Of a stretch of DNA of 64,000 bases, positions 37,166 through 47,867 are shown piece after piece. This DNA comes from Candidatus Poribacteria bacterium (GTDB lineage Bacteria > Poribacteria > WGA-4E > PCPOR2b). Both the position numbers and the translations under genes were made by a program. The stretch spans positions 2,912,001 to 2,976,000 of the forward strand of contig OZ244587.1 in NCBI GenBank assembly GCA_965218095.1, written 5' to 3'. The notes below the pieces were generated by a model. That model was not told the DNA's origin and did no database searches. It saw nothing but the letters and a program-made list of their open reading frames with translations. Positions within the stretch are counted from its first letter, which is position 1. Every line of letters begins with the position of its first letter.

Positions 37166-37969
37166 TCATTCACCTTCAAGACTGAAGATTTTTCCTTTTT
37201 CGGTGACAAGTTGGCGAAAATACTCCACCGCTTCTTGGAGTTGGGATTGAGCGTGTCCTTCATCAGTGCCTGTCGAAACCAGATCAACAGGCATGTATTG
37301 ATTATCATCGCGTCGTAAAGCGACATAGGCTTTTAGGTAGACGTCTGGGTGTTTGCTCATCACCCACTGCAAGAGCGGGGAGACTTCCGCCTCAAACATA
37401 TTTACGTAAACACGCGAAGTTGCAGTCTTCGCGCTATACCGTTCAGTGATTAATGGCGCAATGCAGGTTTCAAAGATGCCTTTCATCTCACGCGGTGGGC
37501 CAGGCATCATCAGAATTGTGGATTGATTGCTCGTGACACGGATGCATGGCGCCCAACCGACGGGGTTTTGAAAGACTTCAGCAGTTCTAGGGACAGTTGC
37601 CATCTTAACCATCGCAGGAGTCAAATCGTCACGACTTGCCAGCTCCCGTTTCTCCATAAAAGACCCTAATGTTGCTTCATGCACGATTGGTTGGTCGCCG
37701 ATGATCTTTGCAACGACATCGACAGTTATATCATCAGGAGTTGGTCCAAGCCCTCCCGTCGTGAGGATTAGATCCGTTTCCCGACGGATTGAATCCTCGA
37801 TTGCTTCGATTATTTCGTCAAACTCATCTTGGAGCATTGTCACGCGACGCAGTCTCCCGCCCAACTGAAGGATCTGCTGCGCAATCCAGTGGGCATTGGT
37901 GTCCTGGATTTGTCCGAGGATTAACTCTGTTCCAATCGAAAATAACTCAATAACGGGAGTGCTTTCCAA
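37166..37969 (-). CDS. CinA-like molybdopterin-binding domain protein
   Basis: IGTELILGQIQDTN, TGGLGPTPDDIT, MPGPPREM. Confidence 0.9.
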   Translation of the reverse strand: MESTPVIELFSIGTELILGQIQDTNAHWIAQQILQLGGRLRRVTMLQDEFDEIIEAIEDSIRRETDLILTTGGLGPTPDDITVDVVAKIIGDQPIVHEATLGSFMEKRELASRDDLTPAMVKMATVPRTAEVFQNPVGWAPCIRVTSNQSTILMMPGPPREMKGIFETCIAPLITERYSAKTATSRVYVNMFEAEVSPLLQWVMSKHPDVYLKAYVALRRDDNQYMPVDLVSTGTDEGHAQSQLQEAVEYFRQLVTEKGKIFSLEGE

Positions 37970-38074
37970 CTTGACCTCCTCACAATAGACATCTTTCTAA
38001 AAAGGTTGTAGTTACGCAGCATATCTAAGGTTGACTAAAGCAGCGATGACATTCCAGATCTTGCTATAATTTCT

Positions 38075-38419
38075 ATGCTTGCCACGATACCTTTGCTGGG
38101 TAATTCGCAATATCTTGCACATTATACCGGTGTGCCATTGGCCACGCTTCGATCTTGGATAAAATGACCACTTCGCACATGATGCGCATGATGAAGAATG
38201 GCTTGTGCAGGTTAGGCAGCAAGGCTGGATAATCCTTACCAAGAACTGATAGCGAGTAAGACGTTTTGTTCCCTTGTCATCCTGAACCCTTTAGTTCTCC
38301 CTGCTATCAGAAAGTTTGTGGCACAGCACCCGCCACCATTTATCGCGAAAGTTTATAAAGATGGAACAATCCGGCTGTTGGACATCTCACAGAGATCGCA
38401 AGCCACTGATACACGCTAA
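38075..38419 (+). pseudogene. Collapsed VapB45/VapC45-like toxin-antitoxin remnant
   Basis: AHYTGVPLATLRSWI (antitoxin HTH); DHFAHDAHDEEWL..V..QGWIILTK and PPPFIAKVYKDG (PIN pieces). Confidence 0.6.
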
Positions 38420-38444
38420 CAACACTGAACATCTTATTTCCTTA

Positions 38445-39476
38445 TCATAACGCCTGATCAAGATACTGAAATGCCCCAACGCCGTGAAAGCTATGCGCCG
38501 CTTCAAAGACTTCAATGCCTAGCTTGTCTTCGGCGTCAAAGACACGGAAGATCTCCTTCGCTCGATTAAACGCAAATCGCGTGGCATCAATTGGGAAGAT
38601 CGTATCTTCTGTGCCTGACTCGACGAACATCGCACGCGGGGCAATCAATCCAGCGAGGTCATACATCTCTGCATACCTGAGGATGCCGGGGATATAGTTG
38701 TCGATGCAGTGGCTGATACTCAAGATGCTATCACGGAAGGTATTGAAATAGCCGCTCACAACGGCGACCTTGAAACGTTCATCGATCGCGGCCGAGTGAA
38801 ATGTCGTTGTGCCGCCGCCAGAGATTCCCATGACGCCGACGTGGTTCATGTCAATTTCAGGGCGCGTCGAAAGGTAGTCAAGTGATCGCACTGCATCATA
38901 GACCCGCCAACCGATCATCGTTTGTCCAAGCAGGAAGGCTGCCCCGGAGGCGGGCTGACACGATGAGTTGCCGCTGCCTCGCTCCTGAGCAGCCCCATCT
39001 CGCCGGTGTCCAAACCCAAACTGCTCGATTGCCAGCGCCGCGTAGCCGTGCTCGACGCACTGAAGCGCGAAGTCGTTCTGGTACTCGCCGTACTCGGTGC
39101 GCATTGCGCCGTCTTCCTGAATCCCAACGATGTCATCAACGCCCCGTCCGTGTCCGTGCAGGCAGAGAATCACGGGCCCGGGCGTTTCAAAGTCCTTCGG
39201 CAGCAGCAGATAGCCGAAAACGGTCATATTTGGGCGGCTTTGAAACAACACCGTTTCACGGGTATAGGTCGGAAACTCCTTCGTTTCCACGACTCTGGGG
39301 AGCAGATCGCATTTTTCGTCCGGGAAACCACCGAGAAGTTCGACGAGCTTGGCTCTTAGATCACGCTGCCACCTCTCTGCTTCTACCTTTGTCGAAGCCT
39401 GAAACGCCATCGTGCGGGGGGCCTGGTCGTATAGGTTATGTGAAAAGGCTAAGGTGTCTAAATAATCCTGGGACAT
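38445..39476 (-). CDS. Alpha/beta hydrolase (dienelactone hydrolase/Abhydrolase_7-like)
   Basis: LHGHG, GISGGG nucleophile elbow, HCIDNY. Confidence 0.9.
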   Translation of the reverse strand: MSQDYLDTLAFSHNLYDQAPRTMAFQASTKVEAERWQRDLRAKLVELLGGFPDEKCDLLPRVVETKEFPTYTRETVLFQSRPNMTVFGYLLLPKDFETPGPVILCLHGHGRGVDDIVGIQEDGAMRTEYGEYQNDFALQCVEHGYAALAIEQFGFGHRRDGAAQERGSGNSSCQPASGAAFLLGQTMIGWRVYDAVRSLDYLSTRPEIDMNHVGVMGISGGGTTTFHSAAIDERFKVAVVSGYFNTFRDSILSISHCIDNYIPGILRYAEMYDLAGLIAPRAMFVESGTEDTIFPIDATRFAFNRAKEIFRVFDAEDKLGIEVFEAAHSFHGVGAFQYLDQAL

Positions 39477-39691
39477 CTGAAAATCTCCATTCGAATCAAA
39501 GCGGAGTAAACTTGATCCCATAGTCCTTCAATAACAGAGCCTCGTATCCAACATAGCATCTTGGATACTCATCCGATTTGGCGCAATGCTTCCGAACCCA
39601 CCGTTGCAACCGCTCAAACCATCGGAATGTGTGATTCAAGAACAGCTACTGCCGATCGACTTTGTTCTATGCTGTCGGGTTTCAACCGTAT

Positions 39692-40621
39692 TCAATCCCA
39701 CAACCGCGTACTGAAGTATCGTTCCCCAAGGTCGTTAAATACCGTAACGATAACCCCTTCTTCGATCTGTTTAGCGACTTCATAAGCGCCTTGCAGGTAT
39801 CCCCCAGACGACTGGCCAACGAACCAACCTTGTTTTGCCAGGCGGCTGCACATTTCATACGCTTGATCGATAGTGACAGGGATTTTTTGATCGATAACGC
39901 TCTTGTCAAGAATCTCCGGCACGATGTCTTCGGGATTGCCCAGCGGCTTAAGGCCTTCGATGCCGGGAAATTCGTCAGGCGTGATACAGCAGATTTGAAT
40001 CTGTGAATGGTACTCCTTGAGTCGCCGCCCGACACCGGTAATCGTTCCTCCGGTGCCGACACCGCCGACAAAGTGCGTTAACCTTCTATCAGTCTGCTCC
40101 AAAATCTCCACCGCTGTTGTATCGTAATGCGCTCGCCAGTTATTGTCATTTTTGTACTGATCTGCCATAAAATACTTTTCAGGCGTCCCTTCATATCGGC
40201 GATGGACTTCACGAAGAGCTTCGTCATAGCCGAGAAGCGCATCCGTGTATATGATATTCGCCCCATGTGCTTTAATCCGCTTTTTCCGCTCTTCACTCGC
40301 ATTGCTAGGCATCACAAGTTCAACCCGATAGCCCAAAACAGATCCGATCATCGCATAAGCGATTCCTGCATTGCCGGATGTTGAGTCCAAGATAGTTTTG
40401 TCGCATGTCAACTCTCCAGACTGGATGGCTTCTGTCAACATCCGCAACACCGGTCGATCTTTAACCGAACTGCCGGGATTATACATCTCGGCTTTCGCGT
40501 AGATCTCTACGTTAGGTAACTCGTCAGCGAACAGATTGATTCTGACAAGTGGTGTATTTCCAATCAATTGAAGGGTGGGATAGTTTGAAAGATCGAAGGA
40601 GCTAGTCGGTTGTTTACTCAT
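39692..40621 (-). CDS. Cysteine synthase family PLP enzyme
   Basis: IGNTPLV, NPGSSVKDR, TSGNAG, GTGGT. Confidence 0.92.
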   Translation of the reverse strand: MSKQPTSSFDLSNYPTLQLIGNTPLVRINLFADELPNVEIYAKAEMYNPGSSVKDRPVLRMLTEAIQSGELTCDKTILDSTSGNAGIAYAMIGSVLGYRVELVMPSNASEERKKRIKAHGANIIYTDALLGYDEALREVHRRYEGTPEKYFMADQYKNDNNWRAHYDTTAVEILEQTDRRLTHFVGGVGTGGTITGVGRRLKEYHSQIQICCITPDEFPGIEGLKPLGNPEDIVPEILDKSVIDQKIPVTIDQAYEMCSRLAKQGWFVGQSSGGYLQGAYEVAKQIEEGVIVTVFNDLGERYFSTRLWD

Positions 40622-40687
40622 TTAAGATTTTGCTTCCTTTTTCCTATCGATTCTCTAAATTTCTGTACACTCAACGCCCTGCCCCAT

Positions 40688-41293
40688 TTAAGCCAGTCGC
40701 TGCTCAAGTAACGCGCGGATGTAACCTTTAGCGGCTTGCCCTGTCAGTTTACCGGCGAGGATGTCAGCGACTTCAAACTCTGCTAAACGCAATGTTGGGC
40801 AAAGCCCGTGCAATGGAGGCAGCCAATCCCGGAACGCGTCGAAAAAGGCGCGTTGTGCAGCCCTTCCATTGATGAAAGGAAAATCTGCTGTTTTTCGTCG
40901 AAATCGATCTGGGCCTTTCTGAATCGCTGCCTCTTGATGTTTTGCGCAAAATTGGAGGTACTTTTGACGATCAAACGCCACGGATAGCTCTTCTGGATAA
41001 ACCACTAAGGTCTGTGTCCGAAACATGGTAAAATGTTGTAATTCGTCGAATTCAAAAATAAAATGATAGGGCTCAGGAAAATAGGCATCGGGGACTAAGT
41101 ATCCGTCAGCTTTCGAGAACAGACCATCTTGATCGCCACCCATCTGCGCAAAGAGATCCAGGACCATCGGATGATACTTACCAAAATGTGCTGACAGTGG
41201 TTTGTTGATCAGCCAATCAAATTGGGCACGCCGTTCAGCAGGGACGCCTAATATTTCCTCAACGAGCGCGATGATACCGATTTCCAGACGCAT
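40688..41293 (-). CDS. Hypothetical protein, probable PD-(D/E)xK-like nuclease
   Basis: PDAY...EFDELQHF and RAAQRAFFDAFRD. Confidence 0.6.
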   Translation of the reverse strand: MRLEIGIIALVEEILGVPAERRAQFDWLINKPLSAHFGKYHPMVLDLFAQMGGDQDGLFSKADGYLVPDAYFPEPYHFIFEFDELQHFTMFRTQTLVVYPEELSVAFDRQKYLQFCAKHQEAAIQKGPDRFRRKTADFPFINGRAAQRAFFDAFRDWLPPLHGLCPTLRLAEFEVADILAGKLTGQAAKGYIRALLEQRLA

Positions 41294-41349
41294 CAGGGAG
41301 TTCCATAGTCAATCTACGAATCAGTAAATCAGATCACGGTTTTAACTGT

Positions 41350-41619
41350 TCAACGAAATAGATCAGCATGCGACCCGGTTCGCAAAAATTAAATCCGATT
41401 CCCATCAATCTTGTAGATCAAGATCCAATCAGGTTCAATGTGACAATCACGGCATCCCTTGTAATTACCTCTCAGAGGATGATCCCTGTGCCGCTCATCC
41501 AAACTGTCTTCATTGATCAGTTTACGAATAACATCTTTTATTTCTTCTGCTTCTTTGCCTCTTCTCAACATTCTTTTCAAGTCTCTATCGAATCGTCTTG
41601 AGTAGGCTGGCTTAAGCAT
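41350..41619 (-). pseudogene. yafQ: YafQ-family mRNA interferase with a premature TAA
   Basis: RDHPLRG...RDCHIEPDWILIY; TAA at 41389-41391, then in-frame FLRTGSHADLFR*. Confidence 0.88.
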
Positions 41620-44582
41620 TAAATCCCTACCCTTCTGAAGAGGTCATCCGCATCATCACACTCAATCAGATCCATTCCTTTTTCAGCTTCGTTTATTGCT
41701 TTCAATGTTTCCTCATTCGGTATCCGTGTCACTGCTTCCACCACTTGTACCAATCGCGCTAGTTCCGTCTGCACGTCAGCGGGCAAATGGACACGAATGG
41801 CACGGCGATCACGCTTACTCAACGCCAAAAAATCACCCAACGCCTGAGCGTTTTTCAAGACGCCAAAAGAGAACTTTCTGCCTGGAATCGGCAGGTCTTC
41901 CACATCGTCGGACGTGATTTGCATGAACACCCCACTATTGGGTCCGCCTTTATGCAACTGTCCGGTCGAGTGCAGAAAGCGGGGACCATACCCTAACGTC
42001 GTGGCGACCTTTTTTCTGTTGCGAATACAGAGGCGCATCGTCTGCAACTGCTCCTGATGCACCGCATTCATCTCGATGTACGCGTTGAATGCCGCATAGT
42101 CGCCGGCGTTGATGCGGCCCAGGTGCGCGGCGAGGTAAGACTCCAGCGAACTCTCGGGAAAACCAGTGTTCGGTGCAGCGGCGGCGAGGGCTGCCGCATT
42201 CTTCTCGTCGGTGAAAATCTTGATACCGTCGGCTTCCAGCACAGGGGTTTCGGGGGGTAGGCTATTCGCCCGTTCGTATTCATCTGTTAGAGATTTTGTG
42301 TAATCCTTGCTTTCCTGAACGTTGGGTTGATTGAAGGGATTTATACCCAGTATAGAACCGGCCACCGCAGTTGCCATCTCCCAGCGGAAAAACTCTTCGC
42401 CCAGATCAATTGCCTCCTCTATTGTGATGCGCACGACGGGTTGTCCAGCCTGCTCTAGTGCATCGACCTTCGCATCTTGATTTGAGTCAGGTGCTGCATT
42501 CAGGCGGATGTAAACAAACAAGCGATCGTCGCCGTAGATTTCCGGCAGACCGAGCGGTTCGTTGTCGATGGGAATCAACCCAAGCCCCTGTTTGCCGGTA
42601 CTCTCAGCCAGGAGTTGCTCCAATCACGCGCCAAGGTCGCTGATATCCGGCGAGGCAACAATCGTTACCTTGTCGCGTCCAGCTTTCGCTAACTCGCCCA
42701 GGATGACGCCTAAAACAACGCCCGGATTGTCCGCCGGTGGCACACCGGCGGCGCAACTTTGCACCATGCGCTCCGCACGGTCCAGGAACGTGCGGACATC
42801 CACACCCATAATCGCTGCAGGCGCCATGCCGAAGTTCGACAGCGCCGAGTAGCGTCCGCCGATCGAAGGTACGCCCATAAAAATATGGCGGAAGCCACGC
42901 TCCCTGGCATCAATCTCCATCCGGGATCCGGGGTCTGTGATGGCAATGAAGTGCTCACCCGCCCGTGCCCCAACAAGCTGCTGCACCTTGTCAAAGAAGT
43001 AGTTGCGGAAGACATTCGATTCGGTTGTGCTGCCCGATTTGCTGGCGACAATGAAGACCGTTTGCGCCAGATCCACCACCTTCTCAAACGTCTTTACCTG
43101 GGCGGGTACGGTAGAGTCGAGGACGTGGAGTTGCGGATAGTCATCCAACTGACCGAAGCTCAAGCTCATCACTTCCGGGCACAGACTGCTGCCGCCCATG
43201 CCCAAAATTGGCGAGTGTTTGAAACCCGCGCCCTTCACTTCCTGGGCAATCGCCTGAAGGTGTTCAGAGTGCTCTAGTTGCTGCTCAGTGATGTGTAACC
43301 AGCCAAGCTAGTGGCTTTCATCCGTATTCGTCCACAAGCTGGCGTCACCATCCCAAAGCCTGTGGACCTTCCCGCTCTGCCGCCAATCTTCAAGCGTCTT
43401 ATTGACGATTTCTTCGTAGGAAGCGATGGTATAGACTTGGCGGTCGAGCGTCGTACCGAGCAGCACTTCACGCTTCTTCTCCACCGCGCTTATCAACTTA
43501 TCGAAGGCATCAGCGAACAGTTTTACGCCGTCGTCGAGGAGCTGATGGGTCACTTCCTCTATTGAGATGCTGATATACCCAAGCATCTCCATCGCTTCGC
43601 GGGCTTCGTCTATGCCCTCCTCCAGGCTAGCGCGGCACTTTCCATGGTCGCGGAACGCTGTGAGCGCGGCGGCAGGCATGGTGCTCACCGTCTCTGGTCC
43701 AATCAACTCTTCAACGTAGCGCACGTCGCGATAGTTCGGGTTTTTCGTGCTGGTACTTGCCCAGAGGAGCCGTTGGGTGCACGCCCCTTTGTCAGCTAAT
43801 GCCTGCCAGCGGTTAGAGTTGTAGAACCCCTTATAGCAATGGTAAGCCAGTTTAGCGTTGTCGATGGCGATTCTCCCGATGAGGTTCTGCAACTCAGTAC
43901 GCTTACGGGGGCAGGTCGCCGTTGCCAGTCGCGCCTCGGCGAGGCTATCTACCAGCGTATCAATGTGGCTGAGGAAGAAGCTCGCCACACTGCTGACTTT
44001 GCTTACATCGCCGCCCGCTGTCGCCAACTTCTCCAGACCAGAGATATAGGCGTTCACTACCGCCTCATAGACTTCCAGCGAGAAGATAAGCGTCACGTTT
44101 ATATTCATGCCCGCACCGATGAGATGTTCAATTGCAGGGATGCCAGCGGGCGTGGCAGGCACTTTAATCATCACGTTGTCACGAGTAACCGCATCGTGTA
44201 AACGCCTGGCTTCGGCGATCGTGTTTTCTGTGTGGTGCGCCAGATGGGGCGACACCTCAAGGGATACATAGCCATCGCGTCCGTCTGTCTGTTCGTAGAT
44301 GGGCAACATCACGTCCGCAGCCAATTGGATGTCCTCAATGGCAAGGGCTTCATAGATCGCCTGTGCGCTTTTGCCCTGCCGGACGAACGCCTCAGTTACA
44401 GCATCATAGTCGGTGCTGCCAGTGATGGCTTTCTCAAAGATGGCGGGATTTGACGTAATTCCCAGTAGTCCATCGTCGTCAACCATTTTCTGTAATTCGC
44501 CTGATGTGATGAACCCACGACGAATATTGTCATACCAGACGCTCTGTCCGAATTTTTGAAGTTCGACTAACGGGTTTGCCAT
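41619..44582 (-). pseudogene. Bifunctional transaldolase/phosphoglucose isomerase with two in-frame stops, 3' end fused to a DinJ-like tail
   Basis: GITSNPAIF, VSLEVSP, IKVPAT; GMGGSSL, GGRYS, GPRFLHSTGQLHKGG. One frame throughout, with TAG at 43308-43310 and TGA at 42624-42626. Confidence 0.9.
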
Positions 44583-44642
44583 ACTTATTTCCTTCCAAAT
44601 CAGTACCTGAAGAACTATTCCGCTAGCCGGACTCTGGTGATA

Positions 44643-45430
44643 TTACACTGAGTCTGTTGGAACATCACGCAACGAATCATCAAGGGTTCCAACCAGACTT
44701 GCCAGGTAATCGCGATCACGTTGTAATGCTGCGAATTTGTCATCGGCGTGAACAAACTCAATTTCAAGATATCCATCGTATCCGTGCACAGCCAGGAGCT
44801 CAATGACTCTGCTGTAATCGACAACACCATCAGCAATTGGGCAGGCTTTCCCACTCGCATCCGCATTTTGGGCATGCACATTAACAATGTGTGGGGCGAG
44901 CTTTTGTACCGCTTCATGTGGTTCATCTGCGTCTGCCCTGAAAGTGGGTTGATAGTATGTCTTGAGCGACGGCAATTTGACCTGCTCAATCAACTCCAGG
45001 ATGCTTGTGACGCTATCGGTGAGGTTGTTGTTATGCATCTCCAGCCCTAACGTGAGCCGCCGGAATTGCACCCACTGCGGAAGGCGATCAATCGTTTTTC
45101 ACTCGGGTGGATTGTTTTAGAGGGACCGCCCCCGGACCAAATCCGCACGAGATTGGTTCCCAAACCTTGTGCAATCTTGAAGGCCTCTTCTAAATGCTTC
45201 TGATACCGAGGCATAAGTGGATTCACGTAAGAGCCGAGCGCGGAGATTTCCAATCCCTTCCGCGATACCATATCCTTGACCTTGTTAACATAGTCTGCGT
45301 CGTACTCGGCTGGCATGTGTGGGTCTTGCCCCCAAATTTCGATACCATCCAACCCGTAATCCGCTGCGATGTCTATCACCTCTTCCAGCGGCCTCTCACG
45401 AAAAGCAATTGTACATAAGCCTAATTTCAT
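44643..45430 (-). pseudogene. Sugar phosphate isomerase/epimerase, frameshifted near 45075
   Basis: MKLGLCT...DGIEIWG in one frame; LEMHN, VHAQ and GYLEIEF in the next. Confidence 0.8.
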
Positions 45431-45618
45431 TCTCGTCTTGACTCCTTATCGGCATGGCCCACAACATGAGTACAAACCCTCACCAAGCCAAAAGCATACC
45501 ACAAATCAGATCATCTTGCAACTGTAAATTATACTAACTACCAATTCTCCACGATACCGAATTTGGAACGAAATCCACTGTTTTATCGTTGGAATGTATA
45601 TTCATCATATCTATACTA

Positions 45619-46429
45619 GGTTCTGTTGACATTTCAAGGGCGCCATACTAAGAGTGGCGACAAAGCTGAGAAATCCAAAATAACGGACAGCTAACTTCTC
45701 AAACCGAGAGAAGATACGACGATACCATTTTATCTTGTTGATGAAACATTCAACCCGATGTCTCTCTTTGTATAAGTGTTTGTCATACGTTCTTTGGTCA
45801 ACACGATGACTTTTTGGCGGTATCACCGCAATCGCTCCATTCGCCTCAATAACCGCGATAAAAGCGTCCGAATCGTACCCCTTGTCTCCAATCACATATT
45901 CACTGTTATATCCGATTATCAACCCTTCCGCCTCAGTTATGTCATGTCTCTGACCGGGTGTCAGATGAATTCTTAGGGGATTGCCTAGTCCGTCAACGGT
46001 GATGTGATTTTTTGTACTGAAACCGCCCCGAGAGCGACCTAATGCTTGGTTTTCAGTGCCACCCTTTTTTTTAAGGCGCCCGCCGCAGACGGGTGAGCGC
46101 GGCAGATGGTACTGTCCACAATAAGCGACTCGATATCGGGGTCAGAGGCAAAGTGGGGGTGCATCTGTGTGAAGATACCTTTGTCGCACCATTGAGCAAA
46201 CCGCTTGTAGCGGGTGTTCCATTTGCCATAGGTGTCTGGTAGAAGTCTCCATTGAGCCCCACTACGAGTCACCCACAGAACTGCTTCGACGAAGCGGCGT
46301 GTAGCAGCTTCGAGATGGTGGGACAGCTAAGAAGAAACCGGTATATCTTATTCCATTGTTCATCAGGTAAGGTTATTGGCGTCATTCTTCTATTATGCCA
46401 CAACCTTATACTCAAATGTCAACAGAACC
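45619..46429 (-). mobile_element. IS5-family (IS427-like) insertion sequence with decayed transposase
   Basis: Perfect 16-bp TIR GGTTCTGTTGACATTT; TA duplication. Orf[15 protein letters not shown]8 slippery site near 46065, OrfB GRSRGGFSTK, GDKGYDS, YKERHRVECF. An extra frameshift near 46315. Confidence 0.92.
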
Positions 46430-46449
46430 TAGGAGAAAGTTTAGAGAAG

Positions 46450-47489
46450 ATGAAATCTCATGCGACCTTGTACCTCACTTTGATTTTATATTTAATGGCT
46501 GTGTCATTAGTGACTACTGTGGAATCGGAACCGGAAATCAGTGTTGTCTGCGTGGGCGACATTATGTTGGCGGGCAACGCGGCCCCTGTGATTGAGAGAA
46601 AGGGGATTGATTACCCGTTTGACGGGACTCGCCATATCACCCAAGCGGCGGACGTGGCGATCGGGAACCTGGAAATGCCAATTGCAACAGGTGGGGAGCC
46701 TGTTCCAGATAAAACATATACATTTCGTGGACACCCTCGTTTGGCAAAAGGTATCGCAAATGCTGGGTTGGATGTCCTCTCCCTGGCGAATAACCACACC
46801 GGGGATTATGGAGATGAGGCAGTGCTGGAGACATTGAAAATTTTAACGCAGAACGGCTTGAAGTATGCCGGGGCAGGCGCAGATCTCAAGGCAACGAGGA
46901 ACCCGGCTGTTGTAGAGGTCAAGGGGGTGCAGATCGCGGTCCTCGCTTACGCGAATACCTTTCCGTTTGAATTCTTCGCTGGAGAAAGCGACCCCGGACA
47001 GTCCGTGGAACCCCTGAATTTTTCGTTCCCGACATTGAGGCGGCGAAGAAATGGGCGGATCTCGTGATTGTCTCCTTCCACTGGGGCGGTGAGTTGGTGA
47101 CGGAGTTGCGTGACTATCAAGAGGCGCTTGGGCGTCGCGCCATTGATGTGGGGGCAGACCTTGTTTTCGGGCATCACCCCCATGTCTTGCAAGGGGTTGA
47201 GGTTTACAAAGGCAAGTTAATCGCTTACAGTTTGGGCAACTTCGCATTTGGATCGTACAGCAAAAATGCTAGGACGAGCGCAATCTTACGAGTGACATTT
47301 CAGGGGAAGGGAATTAAGCGGGCGGAGCTCATCCCAATCAACGTCTTTAATCACGAAGTGGCTTTCCAGCCGCAAGTGTTGAAAGGCGAAGCGGCGGAAG
47401 CCGTGCTTGATGAAGTGCGCCGCCTTTCGGAGAAACGGGGAACGCAGATTATTACGGAAGGGAGTGTGGGTGTGGTTTGGATGCGGTAG
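46450..47489 (+). pseudogene. CapA (poly-gamma-glutamate synthesis) family metallophosphatase, frameshifted near 46995
   Basis: VGDIML, GNLE, LANNH in one frame; HWG, GHHPHV, YSLGNF in another. Confidence 0.85.
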
Positions 47490-47702
47490 GTGGACGACGG
47501 GCCATGCCCTTCTGCCAGGAGCTATAGCACCGCAGATTTCGTAGGATGACACGGATTCGGTTTGCTATTTAATCTGCGTAATCCTACTTATCCGTGGTTC
47601 TGAAAAAGGAGAACAGAATGCCCCATGCAACCGAAGTCACATGGGGCTGTTGGGCAAGGGCGAAAACGTTCAAAGGTGAAGATCACAGAATCGAAAAAAC
47701 GC

Positions 47703-47731
47703 TTGATGGGACTATGCGTGTAGGTTATAAT
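47703..47731 (+). promoter_or_regulatory. Sigma70-type promoter upstream of trpD
   Basis: TTGATG-N17-TATAAT. Confidence 0.55.
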
Positions 47732-47867
47732 GATGGAACATCAAACAGGTTTAACGGAATGGTGAAATCCTGTGCAGCAGGGAATTGTCCGTTTCCCAAG
47801 TCGAAGAAAAACAGATGGCCGTCACATGGCTTGAGATTAAGCTTTATAATGAGGAGGAAACTTTACA

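Noticed and set aside
2421-43310. Stop-codon recoding or selenocysteine/pyrrolysine as the cause of the many in-frame stops
   Set aside because: All three stop codons occur internally, at different expected residues and alongside frameshifts. Core genes have none and terminate normally on TAA, TAG and TGA.
46252-46449. N-terminal extension of the CapA ORF
   Set aside because: It is antisense IS sequence; the signal-like segment starts at ATG 46450.
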